Below, in pieces: positions 35,315-55,720 of a DNA stretch of 64,000 nucleotides. The position numbers and the translations under genes were made by a program. This DNA is from Salpingoeca rosetta (lineage: Eukaryota; Protista; Choanoflagellata). Position 1 is the first letter of the stretch, and each line of letters begins with the position of its first letter. The stretch covers positions 186,001 through 250,000 of the forward strand of contig JAWQFM010000022.1 in assembly GCA_033442325.1 (NCBI GenBank). The letters run 5' to 3'. The notes under the pieces were generated by a model. That model did no database searches and was not told the DNA's origin. It was given only the letters and a program-made list of their open reading frames with translations.

Positions 35315-36841
35315 TCAGTCCATTCCCAGGTCACAGGTTTTGCCTGCCGTAGCTGCTCGCGTGGTGTCTTGGCCCTCTTCATGGGCACCGTTGTCTGTTT
35401 CTTCAGTGCCACTGTCAGGCGTTGTCGAGCCGTGTTTGGTGCTGCCTTGACCCTGTCTGTCGTTGGCACTGCCAGTTGCTGCTGAGGTCCGCGCCGATAG
35501 CCCTTCTTCTTCCTTTTCTCCTTCACTTCCCTTTACTCCGTTACGAGCATCCTGCGTAACTTGAGCCGCAGGAGGATCACGGTCGTCGTCGTTTTTGTCG
35601 TCGTCATCACCACCACCATGTCTGCCTTTGCGGGTACCGCCTTCCTGCTGCTGAGGCTTCAAGTTCTGTGGCTGTTGTGCAGGCTTCAGGGCAACGTAAC
35701 CTGCAAGCAGGGCCGCAGCGATGACAACGACACTGAATGTGGTGTAAAACACCTCCGACCAGGTTGAGAGCTGCCACTGTGCGTAGAGCCAGTAGTGAAA
35801 GCCCAGAGGCTCTGGCTCTTGGGACTGAATGACACGCACCGCGTCATGCAGCATGGCAAACACGGGCTTGGTCACTTCGCAGCTTGTTTGTCCGTTGTTG
35901 TCCGTCGGCAGGAAGAAGACACGCTGAAGGTCGATGAACTTGAGGCCAGCTTGCTTGATTTGCGCCACGGCGTGTTCACGCAGCCGCTCCTTGGCGGAGG
36001 AGCTCAGCTTGTTGAGGAACGTAAAGGCAATGAAGATGGGCACGCGCTTCACGTCAGATGAGCGGACAATCACATCCTCGATTCGGCTCAGGACTTGCAT
36101 CATCGCGGGGTCGCTCTCCACAATCTTGAGCACAAAAATGACCGCATCTGGACCCTTGTGCTGTGTTGGATCGCACTGGGGCATACCGTACTGCGACCAT
36201 CCCCGCGCTTCACTCAGGGTTGTATTCGTGCAGCAGCCTTTGAGAACACATCGGATGTAGGCCTCAGACCAAACCGTGTCCACATCACGCTCTTCGATAC
36301 CGAACGTGTCCATGATTTTTAGTGGCAGCATTTTGCCATGAAGGGCATTCTCACGGGTGCAAGACTCTGTGGTGCCGTTTCCGCAGACATCCAGGTTCCT
36401 TGATCTTGAGGACTTTGCACCATAGCAGTAGATGTCTGTAAAAGTTGTCTTGCCTGCAAGCAAATCAGTAGTTTGCGCACACCCCAGTTGTGAGTACTTG
36501 GCTTGCAGCCACCTTTGGAAACGCCACTGCTTGTGCGTTCAGAAACGTGCAGGTGCATGGTTGAAACACGCTCCCATCGCCTTCTTCCCCGCCCACAAGT
36601 ACACCAACACGTGCGAACAGTTCGTGATCCGCCTTACCGTTCCTAACAGGCCCCACAAGCGTAATGAAACGTGGCTTGTAGTCATAGAATTGGAGACTGG
36701 CAAAGTATGGCGCGAAGATGGCTGTTCAAGTATCAAGCGGGTCAGTGCAAAGCGTTCGATGAGCCTGATTGCTTTTGAAGAGTTGTCGAGACACACGACG
36801 ACTTGCATGTTTGCACCCTCGTACAGGTACAAGTACAAGTG

Positions 36842-36884
<43 letters not shown>

Positions 36885-38388
36885 GCACACAAGCACCCGT
36901 ACAGGTTCGCAAAACACAAGTACACGAGGACATGCATTGTTGAACTCACTCGTAGGAAGAGCGACACCGCTGTGCGTCAGGATGTAAGGGGTGTGGGTTC
37001 TTGGATCTCTTGCATGGAGTTGAAGCGTACAGGGGACTTGCGCAAAGGAGATCTCCCCACGAGCAGGGTTTCGCACTGGAACGTCAAAGGTGACGGTGAT
37101 CGATTCACCGGGTTGCAGGACTTTGGGCAACTTGAAAAAGAACCCGCCCTTGAGGAAATCTGTCTCGTCTGACTCGGAGAGCTCAAGGAAGAGGTCGGGC
37201 GTGGTCGGACGAAGCTGATCGGCGTTTCGGAGAGTACCGCTGTATGTCATTGTGGACAGGTCTGTCCCCGACGTGAAACTGCCCCGAAAGTTGAGCAGCT
37301 GCAGCTTGATGGGGTTTTGGTTCTCCTTCTCCAGCATGTCGATGATTTGATGAATGTCAGCACCTCTGCAGGCACGATGATGACAAGCGCGTTGGCAGGG
37401 AGCAAGCGCAAGCAAAGCAGAGATGCAAAGGTTTTGAGTCAAACCACCGTCTGCCACAGCAGCGCCCACACGAAAGAGAGGCAAGCACCCTCATTCCATC
37501 CTCACAAAGCAGAACACACACACACACATATCCACACGGAAAAGCGGACGTTCGTCGCTCATCAAGCTGACCTGAAGGTGAGTCCGCCAGCTGCAATGCG
37601 TTGAAGGTAATCATGCTTTGCTTGGCCAAATCCAACAACGACGCGGAGGACGACGTTGTGCGCCTTGTTGTCCAGAACTTCCACCGCTTCGTCGATGTCA
37701 TCTGCCTGTCCATCAGTGAGGATAAGGAGCACGACAGGCGCGTTGTTGCCGACGTAATGCTCCAAGCTTTCCTTTACACCCTCGGCCAGGTCGGTGGAGC
37801 CTGAGATGCGTTCGACATCTGTCAACACGCATGCCAAACAAGGCATCGAGAGGAAGACGGAGCAGGGAGAGCAAAGCCGCCAAACGAAGACGCGAACGAC
37901 AAGTAAATTGCTGTGGTGAGGACTGATGCTTGCAACACAGGGTGGAGGTGTACCAAGAGACACAGACAACAACAACAACAACATGTAGTTCACGAAAGCA
38001 CTCAAGGTCGGAGCAGCATCTGGACATGCACGTGTTGCGTACTTGATGGGATGCGGTTGACGAAGCCCTGGGTGACAAACTTGGTTTGGGACGCAAACAG
38101 GGAGACGGCGCCTTTGGTGTTGACCTTCTGCATAAACTGCCTGCAAAACTCGATCTCCTTGTCGAATTCGTCAGCGCTGATGGATCCAGATGAGTCGACC
38201 AGGAAGAGCACATTTGCTGCTGTGGATTGCACCTTCTTTTGCGCTTCTGTGAGGAGGAGGTGAAAATCGTCGAGGTCGTCGATGTTGCCGCCAAAGGAGG
38301 ACGAGTACTGTTTGTTGGACCAGAGCATGGACAGCAGCGCGACGGCGATCACCGACACTGCCAGCAGGCCGTTGCGGGTGCCAATCAT
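35315..38388 (-). CDS. Membrane protein: N-terminal signal/anchor, VWA domain, beta-rich domain, P-loop GTPase (IFI44-like features), C-terminal TM helix and charged tail
   Basis: Phase-consistent GT-AG exons 38388-38043, 37818-37572, 37365-36950, 36721-36638, 36453-35315. MIDAS motif FLVDSSGS, GSTD and LILTDG. G1 GPVRNG|KTT, G3 DTFG, G4-like TFLNKL. TM segment VFYTTFSVVVIAAALLAGYVAL. Confidence 0.8.
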
Positions 38389-38492
38389 TTTCTGAGGTGT
38401 CGTCGCTTGTTGTGGACGTTTAAGGCGCTTGCTCCTTTTCGTCTCAGTCGCAGCGTGTTTGAGCTTGGCACCCCGACCGGGTTGCGTCTGTG

Positions 38493-38564
<72 letters not shown>

Positions 38565-38570
38565 GTGCGT

Positions 38571-38620
<50 letters not shown>

Positions 38621-39151
38621 GTGCGTGTGCGTGTGCGTGTGTGAGTGTCTCAGTGGAAATGCAGGGAAAAAAATGAACCACAGACAAGAGACAAAACACA
38701 ACAACAGCAACAACAACAAAGCTCCACGCAGTGCACGGTGGAACAAAAAAGGTGCGCACTTCTTCCAACAACAAACACGCAAGAGACCACTGGTTGCTTG
38801 TGGCTTGTGGCGTGTGCACTACTTGCACTAAAGCACTGGCAGCACGCAGAAACGCACAGTCAGATCCAATGAGTCATGGCACTGGCAACAGAATTGCTCA
38901 CGCGCACTTCTTCGTCTTTCAAGAATATTAGCGAATGTTTCCAAAAGAATTTCGTTGGTTGCCACGTCAGAACCTGAAGCGTGACACACACTTTTGGTGT
39001 GCCTGCAAGCTTGACCACTGAGCGACTGAGATACAACAACACGACCAGCCAACCACCCCAACAGTGCTTTCTTTGTCGTCGTCCCCATTCACATGCGCAC
39101 CCCAACAGCACAGCAACAGCATTCAGCATTGTCGCATCGTGCACGGGAAAT

Positions 39152-40143
39152 ATGCACAGACAGAGCATGCGAAAGACGCTGAGCGGCAGCAGCCACAGCA
39201 GCGGCCGCGGACAGAAGAGCGCCAAGGAGAGGGGCACCTCCTCTTCCCCCTTACCTCCTTCACCTCCTCCTTCTTCTTCCTCGCGCAGGACGGGAGATGG
39301 CTGGCTGCACGGCAACGGGCTGGTGCTGGTGCTGTGCATCTTTGCCGCTGGCTGCGCTGTTGGCTGGACTGCTCGAGGCTTCCTTGACAGCCAAGGTCAA
39401 ACGCAGCCACTGCCACCGCCACCGCCTCACGGAAATGGGACGCGCGAGGACAATACAACTGACCCAGCACCACTGCCTCCGCTGCCGCCGTGTGATTTCT
39501 ATCCTGGCGGGTTTAGGGAGCCGGCCGATGTTGGCGAGTGCGTGTACCCGGTGCAGATGCTGGTGACTGGTGTTCCCAAGCACGCTGCCATGTGGCAAGA
39601 CGAGGCGACGGCGTTTGTGGGCAGCAAGTTGATTGGCGATGAGAGTGCACCCGTGAGTTCGCGTGTACTGGAAGGCACGCCGTTCTTTGTGGCGGGCGTG
39701 AGCACGTTTAGCAATGTGGACGAGGTTCCGGGCAAGGTGAAGAATGCCACGGCGATTGCTTTGTATTTTGCCAAGCTGAAGCACGAGCATGCCAAGGACG
39801 AAATCCCACCACAGTTCCACGACACCTCCCTCGCTCTCCAGCAACAGCACGGCGGTAAGTGCGAATGTATGCGTGCGTGTGTGTGTGTGCGTGTTTGTGC
39901 GTGTGCGTGTGTGTGCGTGTTTGTGCGTGTGCGTGAGTGTGTGCGTGTGCGTGTGTGTGAGTGTGTGTGTGAGTGTTTGTGCGTGTGTGCGCTTACTTTC
40001 GTTTGCTGTCGTATTTTGGTGTACTCCTTTGCCCTTGCTCGTGTGGTCATGTTTGTGCTGTGCTTCCGTGTTTTTCACATACACACAGACACACAGACAC
40101 ACAGACACACACACACACACACACAGACACACACAGACACACA

Positions 40144-40184
<41 letters not shown>

Positions 40185-40527
40185 ACCCGCCCTCATCTCA
40201 TTTCTTCATGCTGCACATGTTGCGTTCATTGCAGTGACCACCATCCCCGTGTGCCTGGCCGTGGACGGTGCTCCTGATGCGCCGGAGCGCGTGCCCGTGC
40301 GCCAAAACTGCCCGCACTGGCTGCTTGTGAGCCAGGAGGTGGAGGATGGCCAGTTTGTGTACCCGATGAACACGGGCTGGGCTGGCTTACCGCGCGAGTT
40401 GCGCAGCCTGAGCAAGGACATTGCAACCCGCCTCAAAGACACTCCCAAGCAACAGTCACAACAGCAACAGCATCAGCAACAACATCAGCAACAACAACAA
40501 CAACAACAGCCGACCAAGACCACATGA
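39152..40527 (+). CDS. Uncharacterised single-pass membrane protein, 2 exons
   Basis: Open, non-repetitive reading frame with TM segment [17 protein letters not shown], a Pro-rich stalk and a globular region. Intron 39855-40234 (GTAAGT...GCAG) keeps the frame. Ends in a poly-Q tail. Start is ATG 39152 or 39167. Confidence 0.7.
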
Positions 40528-40723
40528 TTGTGTTTGTATGTTTTTGCTTTGTGTGTGTGTATGCGTGCATGTCACCCATTGCATTCTGTACGTTTGGTTC
40601 CCCGTGTCACCAAATACACAAAGCGTTCACGTCTAATTCTGTAAGCTGAAAAGCGCTGAAAGGTGGACCACAACAAGCCACGTGGAAGCAAGTGGGAGCA
40701 GGCGCAAGCACGTGGCGTCTACT

Positions 40724-49129
<8,406 letters not shown>

Positions 49130-49276
49130 CGTGGCTTAGATGTGAGATCAATCAAGCAACACTGCTGCTCCCGTCACAACACGTGGTTTTGTCGTTTGTC
49201 ACCCGAAATGATGATGTGAGGTTGTGAAGATTTGTGAACATGACGACGGATTTTCTTTCACACTGGAAGGACGGCG
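49130..49276. promoter_or_regulatory. Putative bidirectional promoter between TTC27 and the PAE/Notum gene
   Basis: About 150 bp separate the two divergent start codons. Inferred from gene layout only. Confidence 0.5.
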
Positions 49277-51429
49277 ATGTGGTGGTGTGCTGTTGTTGTT
49301 GTGCTTGTGCTGGTGGCTGGTGGCGGTGTGGTGGACGCACTGGACCTGCACTTGGTGGACAAGGGCATCGCAAACGAGTACAACGCACGATGGTGAGGTT
49401 TCAATACAGTGATGTGATGTGGTTATGAAAACACGCTTGCTCATGGGCGTGCTCGTGTGCGCGTGCTCGGTGTACGCGAAGTGCGATTGTGTGCGCGCCA
49501 CTGTGTTGTCTTTGTTTATGTTTCGTGATGAAGACATCAGCTGTTCAGTTGATTCAGTTGACACCCCATTGCACTCTGCTCGCATCAAACCACGGAGAAG
49601 CTTGGACGGAAGCCTGCCCGCGTTTTACTTCTCGCCTGCTTCCAACAAAACCCACTCCAACGACTGGGTGCTCTACTTCCGCGGAGGTGAGTGGTGCGGT
49701 GTGAGTGCTGCACGATCCTCGACGCTGGTGTTTCAGCGGTGTCCGTAGTTTGAGCCAACTAACTGCCACGCTTGCTTGGTCATTGTCCTGCTGGACTCAG
49801 GTGGTTGGTGCTACACTGAAGCAGAGTGTGCACAGCGGGCAAAGACGCAGCTTGGTAGCAGCACTCAGCTTGGCAAGACGTTCAACTACAAGGGCGGATA
49901 CCTTGCGCCAGTGCGTTCATATCATGGCGTTGCTTGGTTCACACTGAAACACACACACACACACACACACACTTGCTTTGCTTGCGCGTGTCTCCTTGCT
50001 CCACCACAGCGAAAACTACCACCTCGTTCATCTCACAATCCCTCTACCTTGACCAACCCCCAACACACACACACATACACATACACACACAAACACACAG
50101 GACTCGACCGTCAATCCAGTGTTCTCGGGGTTCAACCGCGTTCTGCTGTGGTACTGCGATGGTACGTTTGATGCCCTGTCATCTCCACCCTTCTCCACGC
50201 TCACCGCCTCGTGCGCCTGTTCTTCTGCACGTCGTTGCTCGTGTTCTCACCGCCAACCACCGCGTTGCCGTGGCTGCTGCTGCCAGGCGCCTCGTTCTCT
50301 GGCAACAGGGCGCAGCCTGTCGTGCATAACAACCAAACGCTGCACTACCGCGGGTTTGCGAATCTGCGAGCCATCCTCGCTACCCTGGCCAAGGATCACG
50401 GCTTCGGCAGCGCACGGCAGGTGCTGCTGTCTGGCGGCTCGGCAGGCGGGCTGGCCACGTTCCTCCATGCCGACACCGTGCGGGCGATGCTGCCACGGAC
50501 TGCCACCGCGTTCAAGGCGTCCCCTGTGAGCGGATTTTTCCTTGAGCATGATGATGCCGGCGGCCAGCCGCTGTACCCGGACCGCATGCGCAACGTGTTT
50601 GCCATGCAGAACTGCTCTGCTGGCGTAGACCAGTCGTGCATCAAGGCAAACGCACATGACCCGAGCGCGTGCATGTTTGCGCAGCACACGTACCCGCACA
50701 TGGAGTCGCCCATCTTCCTGCTGCAATCCCTGGTGGACGCGTGGCAGATGGGCAATGTGTTTCCCGCAAACGCCAGCTGGAAGGACTGCGCAAACACGGG
50801 CGAGTTTCAGCACTGCAGCACGCAAGAGATTGCACAGCTAAACGCGTTTGGGTTCACCATGCTGCACGCCCTCAACGGCACGCGCACGTTTTCCTCACCA
50901 GGCAACGGCGGCTTCTTCTACAGCTGCCGCACACACGTCGGTCAGTCAACCGTGCTGGAGGAGTGAGCTGAGAGGGTGGTGGTGTTGTTGTTGTTTGTTG
51001 TTGGTGGTTGCGGCTGCTGAGAGGGTGAATGAAGTGGTGGTCGTGAGTGGGTGACAATTGCACCACCAGGCACTTGTCGTGGTTCCAAACTATCGTCTCA
51101 CGTGTCTTCTTGGTTGTGTCGACGTTTGACAGCGGCGCAAGGGAGCGCGTGGGAGAAGTTCACAGTTGAAGGCGTGGTGATGCGTGATGCCGCCAACGCG
51201 TGGTGGCTCGACAGCACAACTGCACCCGCTGCCAAGCACACACACCTCCAGCCCAAGCTCCTGCAGCCACACACCCCACACCAGGTAAGCAGGATCATGT
51301 GTGCGCGTGTATTTGGCCAACACGAGCAGCGCCCTTATCCCATCATGTCACTCACCCTCACATCCCACACTCTTCTCTCCCCCCCCCCCGCGGCTCAACA
51401 CGACTCAGACCAACCCCACGTGCTCGTGA
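49277..51429 (+). CDS. Secreted pectinacetylesterase/Notum-family carboxylesterase (PAE domain)
   Basis: Signal peptide MWWCAVVVVLVLVAGG, then ARC|LDGSLPAFYF, WVLYFRG|GGWC, LGSS, YCDGASFSG, LHYRG, nucleophile motif SGGSAGG, QSLVDAWQ (Asp), SCRTH (His), and C-terminal TNPTCS*. Confidence 0.9.
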
Positions 51430-52007
51430 AATGCCATTCCGCCGCTGCGAGCAACTGCTTCATTCATGATGGCATCGTTACAATCACCACCGCCACCGCC
51501 ACCGACACGAGAGTTACACACGCACAATGAACACAACAGACAAGACCAAGGGCAGCGGAGGCGGAGGAAGGGAGAGAGACAAAGCGAGGGAGAGGTGTTC
51601 CCACCCTGTCCCCTCCCAAAAACACACACACACACACACACACGAAAAACAACACGGAGAAACACACGACGCACGCACCGGTCGCACCCCTCACAAGCGC
51701 ACATGATGGACGAGTCAATGGTGAAGCAGCAGAGAGGAAGAAAGAAGGAAGGAAAATGAGAGAAGGGGGAAGAAGAGAAGGAAGCCAATGAAACAGATCA
51801 AGGAGAGGTGTGTGGGGGACTAATGTAACGCACCGACGGTGACCAATCAACAGCACAGAAGAAAAAATGACACACACACACACACACACAACACACTTGT
51901 TGTTGCAGACACACGCACACGTACTCACACACCATGAGCAAGCACAAAGGACACATGTGAGCGACAGTAGCAGCAGCAACAACATACAGTAGCAGCAAGT
52001 GCACTGC

Positions 52008-53708
52008 TCAAGCGGAGACGCCAAACTTCTCCAGGCACCTGAGGCCCTGCTCCTCGTACTCCTGCTTGGAGATCCATGCATCCGGGTTGTCCTTGATGAG
52101 GTCTGCGAGCACAGAGCCGCCGAGGAAGACCATGTGCTTGCGGCGCGGCGGGTCCTCAATGCGGATCTTGAACTTGGACAGCGCCTCTGTGTTGCCCTTC
52201 AGCACGCGCTCCAGGTACAGCTGCTTCACCTCACGCTCAAGGCGGCTCGGCAGGCCAGGATACATCGTGCTGCCGCCAGACAGCACAATGTGCTTGTAAA
52301 ACTCAGGGCGCGTGTCAATGTCCGCAGACTGTGCAGTCGTGTGTGTGTGTGTGTGTTGGGGGGAGGGGGGTCAGTGAGTGTTAATGTGAGATGGTACGTG
52401 GTGCAGTGATGTGGGACAAGAAGCAAGCAGGCAAAGTAAGCGACAGCGGCAGCAGCGCCCGTAATACCACCACCACCGCCACCACCACCAACAACAACAA
52501 CAACGATGACCAGCCAGCAAACAGCATTGCAGCCCACCTGGATGCAGTCGAAGAGGAGTTCGGAGACGCCCATGCCCTCGACGTCGATGAGGTGCGGCTG
52601 GAAGAGTGCCTCCGGTGCGCTGAACCGCTCGCCGCCAACCTTGATCACGCGGCCGTCGGGCAGCGTGTAGTTCTCCACAAGCACCGTCGTCTCGTTGGCC
52701 AGCCGCTGCTCTGTCTCAATGTCGTATGCAACGTAGCACAGCTTCTCCTTGATTTCCCGCACCGTCTCAAAGTCGGCAGATGCGTTGAACACATACCCGC
52801 GACGCAGCATCAGCTGCAAGAGCAATCGTGCAACCACGAAGATGGACGTACACGTCAGGCAGGCGAAGAAGTAAAACGGAGCAAGCACAAGGACGGTTAC
52901 CATACCAAACGAGTGTGTGTGCTGGAGCAAGAGTAACAGAGTGCTGGGACAAGGGCGACCGGATGGTATACGCGCACACACACACGCGCGCGCACCACAC
53001 ACCCACACACACCCGCACCTTGATCATGTATTTGGTGATGTCGCGGCCGGCAATGTTGAGGCGGCGGGTGAGATGGGGAAGCGCAAAGCCCTCGTACACG
53101 GGAACAATGTGTGTCACGCCATCGCCGCTGTCAATCACAACACCGGTTTGAAGACCTGGCAGCACAGGAACAAAAAAAAAAACAAAAAACAACAAAACAA
53201 AACAAAACAACAACAACACAGCATCAGGCGTGGAATATGAGCCAAGCGAACCAAGGCGCGCATGTGCGTGTGTGCATGCATGTTTGCGCCGGGTAGCGGC
53301 GTTGACAGAAGCTGCATCCGTGTATTTTCCTCGGCTTGTCTTTGCACCCCCACGACACATGCTGCAGACATGAAACACCACACCTTGTGCGTAGAGTGTG
53401 AGGACGGCCTGCACAGCAATGTGCACGCCCTGGAACTGGTACTTCTCGAACATGGTGGTGATCATCTTCTCGCGGTTCTTCTTCGGGTTCAGCGGCGGCT
53501 CTGTCAACAGAACCTGAGGCAGAAACCATTGTGGTGGAGGACCGGAGAAAGAAGTAACAGAGGAGATGGACGCAGCGTCATGGTCAGTCAGCGTGCGCAG
53601 ATAAAACGAGAAGGGGCCCAAGGAAGAGGACAAGAAAAGAAGTGGGAAAGGAAGACGAGGACGGAGCAGAAGCGGAGGATCACGACAACAGCAAGGACAG
53701 CAGCAGCC

Positions 53709-53760
<52 letters not shown>

Positions 53761-53769
53761 GCAGCAGCC

Positions 53770-53806
<37 letters not shown>

Positions 53807-54045
53807 CGCACCTTTGATTGTGTTGGGTCGATCTTCATCTTCTCGTAGAAGGTGTGGTCCCAGACGAGCTCCATGTCCTCCCAGTTGCGGACGATACCGT
53901 TGTCCATCGGGTAGCTCACCTCAAGCATGGAGCGGAGCTGTGACGCTTCCTCGCCAACCATAATGTCCTGCACGCAGCACAGATACATGAGAACAAGTGG
54001 CAACACCACCACCTGGGAGGAATGCATGGCAGCTCCTCTCACTCA

Positions 54046-54095
<50 letters not shown>

Positions 54096-54347
54096 CACGC
54101 AGATGTTCAGCAGAAGCTCAGGGGCAACACCCCTCCCCCTCTCTCAAAAGCAACGTCTTTGCACCAAGAGCGACATGTCACATTGGCGCACCTTGACTTC
54201 AATGTCACCGACACGGGTGGAGCTGCGCACGATGGGGCGACCCACGAGGGACGGGAACACGTGGGACGGGAAGTTGGAGCGTGCATAACCGCACTTGACA
54301 AAGCCAGTGCCGTTGTCGCACACAATGACGCTGTTGGGGTCAGTCAT
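52008..54347 (-). CDS. ACTR2: Actin-related protein 2 (Arp2/3 complex subunit)
   Basis: [124 protein letters not shown]. Confidence 0.97.
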
Positions 54348-55065
54348 GGCAGCAGTCTCCCGGTTCTTCTGTGTTGAGCGTGTTTCAATAACCCCTGAGC
54401 ACAACAACACACCAGCAGCAGCCAGCAGCAAGGTGTGATAGCGGAGCGAAAGGTACATGCAGACGGTGGCCAAGAGCAGGAATCGTTGGGTGAGCGCGAA
54501 ACAGCGACAAGGCAGAGGAAGACAGCCTTTGGGATCGACCAAACACAAATACAAACAACAGCTGCTGATGTGACACTGCCCAGAGAGAACCAAGAGAAAG
54601 AGAGCGAGAGAGAGATATCTGGCACCAAAATAAGCTGCAGACACGACTGCAGTCCACAAAGCATGCAGTCCCCTTCTCTCACACTCACACACATCCCCTC
54701 GCTGCATTCAACAACCTGCACTGGCGCGTCGCTGTAAGTCTCGTCAGCGACGCTGTGCAGTTCCAGCTCACCTCAGCAAAGTCGTCGTCGCTTCTTGTCT
54801 GTCTTTGCCAGTGTTTGTGCGCTTCGCTGGCTTGTTTGGCTCAGCTTCCCGTTTTGCAACGCATCCACAACTTGGAGTACCTGGTGGATAGTTGCGATGG
54901 CATACGTTTCTCACAGACAACACAAGAAATAGGACGCATTAGTCGACTTGGTACGCAGTACCCCATGTTTAAATTGCAAAAAAATCTGTTGAGCTGGACA
55001 CTTAAATGCCATTTTGTGCGACATCAAATTGCAGGCATTTGCAAATTGTAACAGAGCAGCTGAAG

Positions 55066-55172
55066 TCAGTTTCCGTGGATGAGCCTCTGGTTGGCTTTGG
55101 CGATGCGGCCGATCGTGTCTGAGTCAAACTTGTCCACCCGATCATACGTCATGAACCCATCGCACTCCAACT

Positions 55173-55258
<86 letters not shown>

Positions 55259-55683
55259 TATGTGTGTGTGTGTGTCAGGTGAAGTGAGCACCATGGCAAT
55301 GCATAAAGCCCACAAGTCCAACCTCAAGCAAAGCACACAATGCAAGCCTCTCCCTCTCTCACTCTGTTCCTCTGTCTCCCCGCCTCACCTCCACGTCGGT
55401 GATCTGAGTGTACACCGAGGCAGAAATGTCGCTGCGCCAGTTGTAGATCATCTGACATCACACACGACAAGATGCTCGCAGTGAGAGAAGACACTTGGGG
55501 ATGGGACTGTGGCTGTGATGGGATGTGATGGCTTACAGCGCACTAGAAGGGTCAATGACCAAGTAAGTACACAAGCAAGCATGCCAGAGCCAACACACAC
55601 ACACACACACAAACAAGTACACAAGTGTACACACACAAGTACACAAGTACACAAGTACACACACGCACAGAAGTACACAAGTG

Positions 55684-55720
<37 letters not shown>

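Noticed and set aside
36900-36949. RVLVFCEP as the GTPase beta-1 strand
   Set aside because: It lies beyond the GTGAGT donor at 36949. The real beta-1/P-loop comes from the 36721-36638 exon.
54740-55060. AT-richer, repeat-free stretch as a possible ncRNA or small gene
   Set aside because: No tRNA or snRNA motifs and no convincing ORF. It is adequately explained as the GH2 3' UTR and ARP2 promoter.
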